64,000 nt of DNA, from NCBI GenBank assembly GCA_963838925.1, contig CAWISW010000002.1, positions 288,001 to 352,000 of the forward strand. The letters run 5' to 3'. The notes beneath the pieces are model-generated. The model made no database searches. It saw only the letters and a program-made list of their open reading frames with translations, and was not told where the DNA came from. Source of the stretch: an uncultured Nitrososphaerota archaeon (lineage in GTDB: Archaea > Thermoproteota > Nitrososphaeria > Nitrososphaerales > Gagatemarchaeaceae). Each line of letters starts with the position of its first letter. Position 1 is the first letter of the stretch. Shown here in pieces: positions 8,461 to 16,173 of the stretch. Position numbers and translations under genes: made by a program.

Positions 8461-8614
8461 GATGAACTGCTCGTCCGGGCCTGTAAAGAAGTTGCTTGGA
8501 AGAATTTCGGTTCTGCCTCTGCGCAGCTACGGTCAATGCGTTCGATGCGCACTGCAATTCAGGTTCAACTCCCAAAGGCTTCTGCGAACTTCTGACCATC
8601 TCATGTGAAAGGTG

Positions 8615-8699
8615 TGCGGGGGGTGGGATTCGAACCCACGAACCCCTAAGGGATGGGGTCCTAAGCCCCACGCCGTTGACCAGGCTTGGCGACCCCCGC
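8615..8699 (-). tRNA. tRNA-Leu(TAG)
   Basis: GCGGGGG/CCCCCGC acceptor, D-arm GCCAAGCCTGGTCAACGGC, anticodon arm TGGGG-CTTAGGA-CCCCA, long variable arm, GTTCGAATC T-loop, discriminator A; CCA not encoded. Confidence 0.97.
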
Positions 8700-8800
8700 G
8701 CAACCGTGGCGCTCCAACCGCCGCGAGTGGGCTTAACAGTTTTGCGTCATCCTAGTCCCCGCGAAGGGATTATAACAAATGGAGGAAGGAGGGTTCCGAA

Positions 8801-9775
8801 GTGAGGGTAGGAGAGAGCGTTCTCGACGCGATTGGCAACACGCCTCTCGTGAGGCTGAAGAGAATCTCCCGAGGGGTGAAGCCCCGGATCTACGCGAAGC
8901 TTGAGTTCATGAACCCAGGGGGCTCGGTCAAGGACCGGATCGCCGCCTACCTAGTCGCCGACGCGGAAAAGAATGGCACCCTGAAGAAGGGAGGGACAAT
9001 CATCGAGCCCACTTCGGGCAACACCGGCGTCGGGCTGGCCATGCTCGCGGCGGTTCGGGGATACAAGGCGATATTCACGATGCCCGACAAGGTCAGCGAG
9101 GAGAAGCGGGCGCTTCTCAGGGCCTACGGCGCCAAGGTGGTCGTCGCTCCCACGGAGCTTCCTCCCACGTCTCCAGCGCACTACGTCAACGTCGCGCGGA
9201 GGATGCAGAAGGAGACGCCCAACTCGTTCATGCCCAACCAGTACCAGAACCCCGCCAACCCCAAGGCCCACTACGACACCACCGGGCCGGAGATATGGCA
9301 CCAGACGGACGGCGAGATCGACGCATTCGTGGCGGGGGTCGGGACGGGCGGGACGATCTCGGGCGCCGGGAAGTACCTGAAGCAGAGGAAGAAGTCCCTG
9401 ATGGTAGTGGGGGTCGAGCCGGAGGGGTCGATCTACGGGAACCTCAAGCACGGGACGAAGGACCCGCTCCATCCGTATCTCGTCGAAGGAATCGGGGAGG
9501 ACTTTGTCCCTGGCTCCTACAACCCCCGCGTGGTCGACGAAATCATCAGGGTCACCGACGCCCAGAGCATCGCCATGGCCCATCGCCTAGCGGCAGAAGA
9601 GGGGATCCTCGCGGGTGGGTCGTCAGGCAGCGCCGTGGCCGGGGCCCTAGAACTGGCCAAGCGGAAGCCCAGCCTGAAGCTGATCGTCGTCATCCTCCCG
9701 GACTCGGGGAGGAACTACCTGAGCAAGGTCTACAACCCGGCCTGGCTGAAGAAACACCGCCTCTCGCAAGATTAA
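8801..9775 (+). CDS. Cystathionine beta-synthase / cysteine synthase family PLP enzyme
   Basis: IGNTPLV, KLEFMNPGGSVKDR (PLP Lys), EPTSGNTG, NQY.NP.N, GVGTGGT, EGIG, PDSG.NYLSK. Confidence 0.93.
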   Translation: MRVGESVLDAIGNTPLVRLKRISRGVKPRIYAKLEFMNPGGSVKDRIAAYLVADAEKNGTLKKGGTIIEPTSGNTGVGLAMLAAVRGYKAIFTMPDKVSEEKRALLRAYGAKVVVAPTELPPTSPAHYVNVARRMQKETPNSFMPNQYQNPANPKAHYDTTGPEIWHQTDGEIDAFVAGVGTGGTISGAGKYLKQRKKSLMVVGVEPEGSIYGNLKHGTKDPLHPYLVEGIGEDFVPGSYNPRVVDEIIRVTDAQSIAMAHRLAAEEGILAGGSSGSAVAGALELAKRKPSLKLIVVILPDSGRNYLSKVYNPAWLKKHRLSQD

Positions 9776-9801
9776 ATTCACGCGGATTGGCGCGGCCACC
9801 C

Positions 9802-10956
9802 ATGCGCTTCGACACGCGTGCCGTCCACGTGGGAAACGAACCTGACGAGCTCACCGGCGCCGTGACCCCGCCCATCTACACGTCATCGACGTTCGCGCAA
9901 GCCAAGATAGGGAAGACCAAGGGGTACGAATACTCGAGGTCGGGGAACCCAACGAGGGAGAGGCTCGAGCGGGCCGTCGCCGACCTCGAGGGAGGCAGGT
10001 TTGGCCTCGCGTTCGCGTCGGGGCTAGCCGCGGAGACGGCGGTGGCAGGCCTCCTCAAGAAGGGAGACCACGTCATCATCTGCAACGACGTCTACGGGGG
10101 GACGTTCAGGCTCTTCAACCAGGTGTTCAGGAACTTCGGAGTCTCCTTCGACAGGGTCGACGCGAGGGACACTGGAATCCTGGAGCGCGCGGTCAAGCCC
10201 AACACGAAGATGGTCTGGATGGAGTCGCCGACCAACCCCTTGATGCTCGTCCTCGACATTAGGGGAATCGCAAACGTCGCGAAGGCCAACGGCCTGACGC
10301 TGACAGTCGACAACACCTTCGCATCGCCTTGCCTGCAGAACCCACTCAAGCTCGGGGCCACCGTCGTCGTCCACAGCACGACCAAGTACATCGGCGGCCA
10401 CAGCGACCTCGTCGGCGGGGCGGTCGTCACCTCGAGCCAAGCGATCTACGAGAAGGTGAAGTTCCTGCAGAACGCGACGGGCTCCGTCCCAGGTCCGTTC
10501 GACTGCTACCTCGCCCTGAGGGGCCTCAGGACGATCAGCCTGAGGATGCAGAGGCACTCCAAGAACGGCGCAGCGGTGGCGGAGGCCCTCTCCAGAGACG
10601 CGGGGCGGGTCCGAGAGGTGTACTACCCCTACCTGAGGCAGTCGGCTTCGTACAAGCTCGCGAAGCGCCAGATGTCCGCGGGAGGGGGCATGGTCGCGTT
10701 CAGGATCAAGGGCGGCTACAGGGCGGCATCCAAGTTCCTGGAGTCTCTGAAGATCTTCACGCTCGGCGAGAGCCTAGGGGGGGTCGAGTCCCTCGCGGAG
10801 CACCCCTCCAGGATGACACACGCCTCGCTCCCCCAAGATGAGCGGCGGAAGCTTGGGATAACCGACGACCTGATCCGCCTTTCCGTCGGAATCGAGGACA
10901 CCGGCGACCTGGTGGATGACGTGAAGGGCGCCCTGAGAGCCGCCCTGCCACATTAG
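9802..10956 (+). CDS. Cystathionine gamma-lyase/synthase
   Basis: Start ATG 9802 (MRFDTRAVH); YSRSGNPT, FASGLAA, ESPTNP, DNTF, HSTTKYIGGHSD (PLP Lys), ESLGGVESL, IRLSVGIE. Confidence 0.93.
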   Translation: MRFDTRAVHVGNEPDELTGAVTPPIYTSSTFAQAKIGKTKGYEYSRSGNPTRERLERAVADLEGGRFGLAFASGLAAETAVAGLLKKGDHVIICNDVYGGTFRLFNQVFRNFGVSFDRVDARDTGILERAVKPNTKMVWMESPTNPLMLVLDIRGIANVAKANGLTLTVDNTFASPCLQNPLKLGATVVVHSTTKYIGGHSDLVGGAVVTSSQAIYEKVKFLQNATGSVPGPFDCYLALRGLRTISLRMQRHSKNGAAVAEALSRDAGRVREVYYPYLRQSASYKLAKRQMSAGGGMVAFRIKGGYRAASKFLESLKIFTLGESLGGVESLAEHPSRMTHASLPQDERRKLGITDDLIRLSVGIEDTGDLVDDVKGALRAALPH

Positions 10957-10997
10957 AAGCGGGAATATCCCGCCTCCGGCCTCCGGGTTACTACAAG

Positions 10998-11068
10998 AGA
11001 CGATTCCTACCCCGTACGACTGTAGACAATCGTCGTATCTCCTGAGCAACCCTTATAAGACGATTGTC
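10998..11068. promoter_or_regulatory. Repeated GACGATT(GTC) motifs flanking the TATA box of the lrp-kdp region
   Basis: AGACGATT (10998-11005), GACAATCGTC (11025-11034) and its reverse complement GACGATTGTC (11059-11068) bracket CTTATAA (11052-11058). Confidence 0.5.
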
Positions 11069-11096
11069 GAAGGCCTGCGAAACTAAGGTAATATGG

Positions 11097-11408
11097 TTGG
11101 CACGATTCTTAGCGTTCGTGGACATCTTCGTAGAGTCGTCCTTGATGGACGACGTTGTGCAGTCTCTGATCAAGCTCGAGAACCTCGAGGAGCTGTACGA
11201 GGTCACCGGTGAGTTCGACATCGTGACCCTCCTCTCGGCAACCGACATCGAGGAGTTCAGGGACGTGCTGAAGAACAGGATCATGAAGATCAAGGGCGTC
11301 AAGAGCACCGTGAGCTCCGTAGTGCTCAAGGCCTACAAGGGCCCCAGGTGCATCGAAGAGCAGCAAAAGGTCAACGAGCCGCAAAAAGCCAAGCCATCGC
11401 GTCAGTAG
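11097..11408 (+). CDS. Lrp/AsnC ligand-binding (RAM) domain protein without HTH
   Basis: ELYEVTGEFDIV..L...DIEEF...L...I.KIKGV.ST.SSVVLK; TTG start at 11097. Confidence 0.85.
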   Translation: MARFLAFVDIFVESSLMDDVVQSLIKLENLEELYEVTGEFDIVTLLSATDIEEFRDVLKNRIMKIKGVKSTVSSVVLKAYKGPRCIEEQQKVNEPQKAKPSRQ

Positions 11409-11456
11409 GCGGGACCGGGGGAGGTTCCGCCGTAAGGGAGGAAAAGCGTGAAGTGA

Positions 11457-13118
11457 TTGATAGACCTACAACAACTAGTCTCGGTATTCCTTATTCTCGG
11501 AGGCACCATGGCCGTAGCGTGGCTGATTGCCCCCTTCATCACAGGGATCTACACCAAGGCCCCCAGTCGACTGGACCGGCTGCTTGACCCGATAGAGAAC
11601 GCGATCTTCAGGCTCACGGGGGTTGACACCTCCGAAGGGATGGGGTGGAAAGGGTACTTCTTCGCCGCCCTGCTCGTCAACGTGCTCCAGATGGCCATCG
11701 CTTTCGCCATCCTCATGCTCCAAGGAGAGCTCCCACTGAACCCGATGGGCTTCAAGGGGCTGAACTGGGACCTCGCCGTCAACACGGTCATCTCCTTCGC
11801 GACCAACACCAACCTCCAGCACTACAACGGGGAGACCACGCTCTCCTATCTCAGCCAGATGGGGGCGATCCAGTTCCTCCAGTTCACGTCCGCTGCCACG
11901 GGCATCTGCATGGGCGTCGCTATGGTCCGAGGCCTCGTCGTGGGTTCAAAGCACATGGGAAACTTCTACGTCGACTTCGTCAGGTCTCTGACGAGGCTCC
12001 TGGTCCCGTTCTGCTTCGTGGCCGCCCTCATCCTCGTCTGGATGGGCGTGCCCCAGACGATTGGAGGGTACGTCCCGATAAAGACGGTGGAAGGCGCGAC
12101 TGGCTCTGTACTCGTGGGGCCGGTGGCGTCGCTAGTTTCGATAATGCAGCTGGGCACTAACGGCGGCGGCTACTACGGGGCGAATTCGGCCTACCCTTTC
12201 ATGAACCCTAGCCCGTCGTCGGACGTCCTTGAAATCTGCCTCATGCTCCTCCTGCCCACCGCGCTGGTCTTCGTCTTCGGCCAGCTCCTCGGAAAGAAGC
12301 GGGAATCTATGCCCGTGCTCATCGGCGCCTACCTCCTCTTCATAATCGACCTTGCAATCGCGTTCATCCCCACGATGCCCCAAGTCGGTCCCGGGATAGA
12401 GACGAGGATTGGCGGCTTCATGTCCGCCTTCTGGACCGTGGTGACGACGGCGGTCACGACGGGGTCGGTCAACTCAGCACTCGCCGGGATGCACCCGCTC
12501 GTAATCCTGGGGGGCTTCATGGGTATGCTGATTCAGTCGACTCCGGGCGGAAAGGGAGTAGGGTTGGCCTACATGATCATGTATATCATCATCACAGTCT
12601 TCATAGTGGGGCTGATGTCCGGCAGGACGCCGGAATACCTGGGCATCAAGATAACCTCTCGCGACGTAAAGATCGTCCTCATCGCTTTCCTCATCCACCC
12701 CATCATAATACTCGTCCCGACCATTCTGGCGTACGCCTCGGGAGCCGCCGCGGCCATAGGGCTGACCGGTAACTCCATCGGATTCACGCAGGTTCTCTAC
12801 GAGTTCACCACCGCGGCCGCAAACAACGGCTCCGACTTCTTGGGCGCCTCGGGGAACACCCTGTTCTTCAACCTCTCGACGGCCGCAGTGATCTTCATTG
12901 GACGATTCGCCCCAATAGGCCTGATGCTTGCGCTCGCAGGGTCGGTGATAGGGAGGAAGCGAAGCGTCACGGCCGGCGGACTGAGGACCGACAGCATCAC
13001 TTTCTCGCTCGTCCTAGTGGGCAGCATACTAATCTTGGTCGTTCTTACATTCTTGCCCTTCCTGTCGCTCGGCCCGATACTTTCCTACTTCCAGGGGAAC
13101 GTGAATGGAATCGGGTAG
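11457..13118 (+). CDS. kdpA: K+-transporting ATPase subunit A
   Basis: SFATNTNLQHY, QLGTNGGG..GANSA.P..NP, TTGSVN, GLMSGRTPEYLG.KI, ANNGS. Confidence 0.96.
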   Translation: MIDLQQLVSVFLILGGTMAVAWLIAPFITGIYTKAPSRLDRLLDPIENAIFRLTGVDTSEGMGWKGYFFAALLVNVLQMAIAFAILMLQGELPLNPMGFKGLNWDLAVNTVISFATNTNLQHYNGETTLSYLSQMGAIQFLQFTSAATGICMGVAMVRGLVVGSKHMGNFYVDFVRSLTRLLVPFCFVAALILVWMGVPQTIGGYVPIKTVEGATGSVLVGPVASLVSIMQLGTNGGGYYGANSAYPFMNPSPSSDVLEICLMLLLPTALVFVFGQLLGKKRESMPVLIGAYLLFIIDLAIAFIPTMPQVGPGIETRIGGFMSAFWTVVTTAVTTGSVNSALAGMHPLVILGGFMGMLIQSTPGGKGVGLAYMIMYIIITVFIVGLMSGRTPEYLGIKITSRDVKIVLIAFLIHPIIILVPTILAYASGAAAAIGLTGNSIGFTQVLYEFTTAAANNGSDFLGASGNTLFFNLSTAAVIFIGRFAPIGLMLALAGSVIGRKRSVTAGGLRTDSITFSLVLVGSILILVVLTFLPFLSLGPILSYFQGNVNGIG

Positions 13119-15267
13119 CGAGAGCGCGGGCGGCGCGCCTGAGGCCGTAAGGCGAGGCCGGGGCGTGTCCGTCATCACTGGGAAGGTGCTTCTTGACTCG
13201 TTGGTCAGACTCAGCCCCGTAAGGCTCCTCTCGAACCCGGTGATGCTCATAGTGGAGCTGACGTTCTTCATCGTCGCGGCGATGGCGGCCTACCCGCAGG
13301 GCTTCATCCCGGTCGCCAGCGTGGGAGAGAGGCTGTTCTACGTCGAGATAGCCATCATCCTCCTGATCACCGTGTGGTTCAGCACCCTCTCAGACTCGCT
13401 CGCGGAACAGCAGGCGAAGAACACGGCGAGCAGCCTGCGGAAGCTCGAGCGCGAGGTGCCTAGCAAGAAGGTTGTGAGAGAAGGGTGGTCCCAGAGCATA
13501 GTCCAGACGTCGTCCAAGGGCCTTCGGAAGGGAGACCTAGTCCTGATCGAGAAGGGCGACATGGTCCCGCTTGACGCCGACGTCCTAGAGGGAATCGCCA
13601 TGGTCGACGAGTCGCTCCTCACCGGCGAGTCCGCCCCCGTAAAGAAGGCGCCGGGCGACGCCCTCATCGGAGGCTCGCGCGTCGTCAGCGACACCTTGAC
13701 CGCCAAGGTCACTGCCAATCCAGGTGAGACCTTCGTCGACCAGATGATCAAGATGGTCGAGTCGTCGAAGAGACCCAAGACCCCGAACGAGCAGGCCGTC
13801 ACCGTCGTACTAATCGGCCTCACAGCGATCTTCACGATAATCGTCGGATCGCTGCTCGGGCTCTCCATAACGCTCAATCTCGGAGGCGACCTCTCAGTCC
13901 TCATCGCGCTCTACGTCTGCCTCCTCCCTACGACGATCGGCGCCCTGCTGCCAGCCATAGGCCTCTCGGGGATATCCCGGCTCTACGCAAGGAAGATCGT
14001 CGCGAAGTCGGGCAAGGCGATTGAAACGGCCGGAGACGCAGACGTCATACTCCTGGACAAGACGGGCACAATCACGGTGGGGAATAGGCGGGCGATCGAG
14101 TTCGTCCCGCTGCAAGGGCACACCGAGAGGGAGGTCGGGGAGGCGGCCTTCCTCTCGTCGTGGGCAGATGACACGCCTGAGGGGCGCAGCATAATCCACT
14201 TGGCCCATGAGCGGGGCTTTGTTCCCCGTGAACTCAACGCTCTTGCGCTCTCCGAGTTCCACGAGTTCTCGGCGAGCACCCGCACGAGCGGCGTGACGAT
14301 AAAGCGAGGGATGGGATTTGTGCCTGCGAAGGCTGAGAAGTCAGGTGAGCCGAGGATGAGATTCAGCAGGAAGTACGCTAGCGGAAGCGAGGAGAGGAAT
14401 GGTTCGGGCGAACTCGTCATCACGAAAGGCGCTCCAGACTCCGCGAGGGATCTGGTAGCCTCCGTCCCCATTGACTTCGAGCCCACGGTGACTGGCGTAG
14501 CTACGGCGGGCGAGACGCCGATGGCGGTGGTGCGCAACGGCGAGGCCATTGGAATCATCAGGCTGAAGGACGTGATGAAGGAGGGGATCAAGGAGAAGAT
14601 ACAGGCTGTGAAGACCCTGGGCATACGCCCGGTGATGATCACCGGAGACCAACCCCTCACCGCGAAGTCGATCGCGGGAGAGGTCGGCATCACGGAGTAT
14701 GTGCCGCGAGCCAGGCCTGAGGACAAGTTCGAGATCGTGAAGAAGGAGCAGGCGCAGTCCCGGATCGTCGCCATGATAGGGGACGGGACCAACGACGCCC
14801 CCGCGCTCTCTGTCGCAGACGTGGGGCTCGCCATGAACTCGGGGACCGAGGCCGCGAAGGAGGCCGCGAACATGGTGGACCTGGAGTCGAACCCAGCGAA
14901 GATAATCGACGTAGTCATGCTAGGTAAGCAGCTCCTAATGACCAGGGGCGCCGTGACCGCCTTCAGCATCGCGAACGACGTGGCAAAGTACTTCGCCATC
15001 ATACCCGTCCTCTTCGCAAGCAGCATCCCGCAGCTCCAATCTATGAACGTCCTCGGGCTCGGCTTGCACACGGCCGTCCTCTCCGCGTTGATCTTCAACG
15101 CCATCATCATACCGTTGCTCATCCCTCTCGCGATGAGGGGCGTCGCTTTCAGGCCCGCCGACACCATGACGATCTTCTTGAGGAACGTCATGATTTACGG
15201 GATAGGCGGAGTAGTCGTCCCGTTCGTGGGCATCAAACTGATCGACTTGCTGATTTCCGCACTATAG
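13105..15267 (+). CDS. kdpB: K+-transporting ATPase subunit B
   Basis: DES.LTGESAPV, KTPNE, PTTIG.LL.AIG, DKTGTIT, KGA, MITGD, GDGTNDAPAL, FSIANDVAKYF. Confidence 0.97.
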   Translation: MESGSESAGGAPEAVRRGRGVSVITGKVLLDSLVRLSPVRLLSNPVMLIVELTFFIVAAMAAYPQGFIPVASVGERLFYVEIAIILLITVWFSTLSDSLAEQQAKNTASSLRKLEREVPSKKVVREGWSQSIVQTSSKGLRKGDLVLIEKGDMVPLDADVLEGIAMVDESLLTGESAPVKKAPGDALIGGSRVVSDTLTAKVTANPGETFVDQMIKMVESSKRPKTPNEQAVTVVLIGLTAIFTIIVGSLLGLSITLNLGGDLSVLIALYVCLLPTTIGALLPAIGLSGISRLYARKIVAKSGKAIETAGDADVILLDKTGTITVGNRRAIEFVPLQGHTEREVGEAAFLSSWADDTPEGRSIIHLAHERGFVPRELNALALSEFHEFSASTRTSGVTIKRGMGFVPAKAEKSGEPRMRFSRKYASGSEERNGSGELVITKGAPDSARDLVASVPIDFEPTVTGVATAGETPMAVVRNGEAIGIIRLKDVMKEGIKEKIQAVKTLGIRPVMITGDQPLTAKSIAGEVGITEYVPRARPEDKFEIVKKEQAQSRIVAMIGDGTNDAPALSVADVGLAMNSGTEAAKEAANMVDLESNPAKIIDVVMLGKQLLMTRGAVTAFSIANDVAKYFAIIPVLFASSIPQLQSMNVLGLGLHTAVLSALIFNAIIIPLLIPLAMRGVAFRPADTMTIFLRNVMIYGIGGVVVPFVGIKLIDLLISAL

Positions 15268-15277
15268 GTGAACAAGA

Positions 15278-15751
15278 TTGGAAGACTCGAACACAAGTCA
15301 TGGCAAGAAGTCGAAGCACATCCGGCCGATCATAGGGGTGGCTGTCGTCTCGCTCCTCGTATGCGGCTTGTTCTTTCCCCTAGTGGTGACCGGGGTCGCG
15401 CAGCTCGTCTTCCCATACCAGGCGAACGGCGAGCTCCAGACCGTCAACGGTCGCACTGTTGGTTCAGTCATCGCCGTCAACTCGACCGACTACTCTCTGC
15501 CCGTCTTCTTCCACCTCAGGAACGACACGGCCTCGGGCTTCGACCCGGACATAACCCTCCAGGACGCGCAGTCGCAGGTCCCGGGCATCAGCAACGCCAC
15601 CGGCATACCTGCCTCGACCCTGCAGGCGATTGTAAGTCAGAACGTTGAGGGGGTGTGGTGGGTGTTCGGGAGCCCGTACGTGAACGTCCAGAAGGTGAAC
15701 CTGCTCCTAGTGGACCAGTTCCCTTCGGTGTATGCGAACTACACTGGCTAG
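15278..15751 (+). CDS. kdpC: K+-transporting ATPase subunit C (short form)
   Basis: G..FPLVVTGVAQ..FP.QANG, VGS..I, TASG.DPDI....A..Q, FG.PYVNV...NL; follows kdpB. Confidence 0.9.
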   Translation: MEDSNTSHGKKSKHIRPIIGVAVVSLLVCGLFFPLVVTGVAQLVFPYQANGELQTVNGRTVGSVIAVNSTDYSLPVFFHLRNDTASGFDPDITLQDAQSQVPGISNATGIPASTLQAIVSQNVEGVWWVFGSPYVNVQKVNLLLVDQFPSVYANYTG

Positions 15752-16062
15752 TGCTGCGCCTTCGCCTTCCGCTTCCTCTTCTCTTCTTCGGCCTTGAGCT
15801 TCTTGGCCTTCTGCTCGGCCCTCTTCTTGTCGTAGGCCCCGATTGGGGCGTCGCTCTCCACAAAGCCGTGTGCTATGGTGATGATGTTCCTGACGAGCTG
15901 CTTCGTCGCGGAGTCGTTCTTTGACAGGACGACCATGATGTTCCTCCTGTCGAGGACCGTGAACTGAGGCGCCTTTTCCATCTTCTTGATCTCGTCGACC
16001 GCCCGCTCCAGCGCGTACTCGTTTCCAAACAGTCCTCTGACCTCCCAGTCTCCTGCGGACAT
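15748..16062 (-). CDS. Hypothetical protein with Lys/Glu-rich C-terminus
   Basis: 104-aa ORF with a TTTTATTT box about 25 nt upstream; convergent 4-nt overlap with kdpC. Confidence 0.65.
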   Translation of the reverse strand: MSAGDWEVRGLFGNEYALERAVDEIKKMEKAPQFTVLDRRNIMVVLSKNDSATKQLVRNIITIAHGFVESDAPIGAYDKKRAEQKAKKLKAEEEKRKRKAKAQH

Positions 16063-16173
16063 GGCCCATGCGCCCTAACGACGAAATAAAAGGATTAGAG
16101 GAGAGCACGTGCCAAGGGGAGCATTCGCGCGGCTCATGCGTTAAATACTCCCGCCCGGAGTCGAGTTTTTCGC

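Noticed and set aside
6179-8635. CRISPR array interpretation of the repeats
   Set aside because: Repeats are degenerate, tRNA-derived and 1-1.5 kb apart; no cas genes or regularly spaced repeats seen in the window.
9295-9801. Long N-terminal extension of the 553-aa ORF (apparent CBS-CGL overlap or fusion)
   Set aside because: Shadow frame over the CBS gene; homology starts at ATG 9802.
10957-11456. c-di-AMP riboswitch or kdpF upstream of kdpA
   Set aside because: No recognisable riboswitch consensus; the lrp-kdpA gap is only 48 nt with no hydrophobic mini-ORF.
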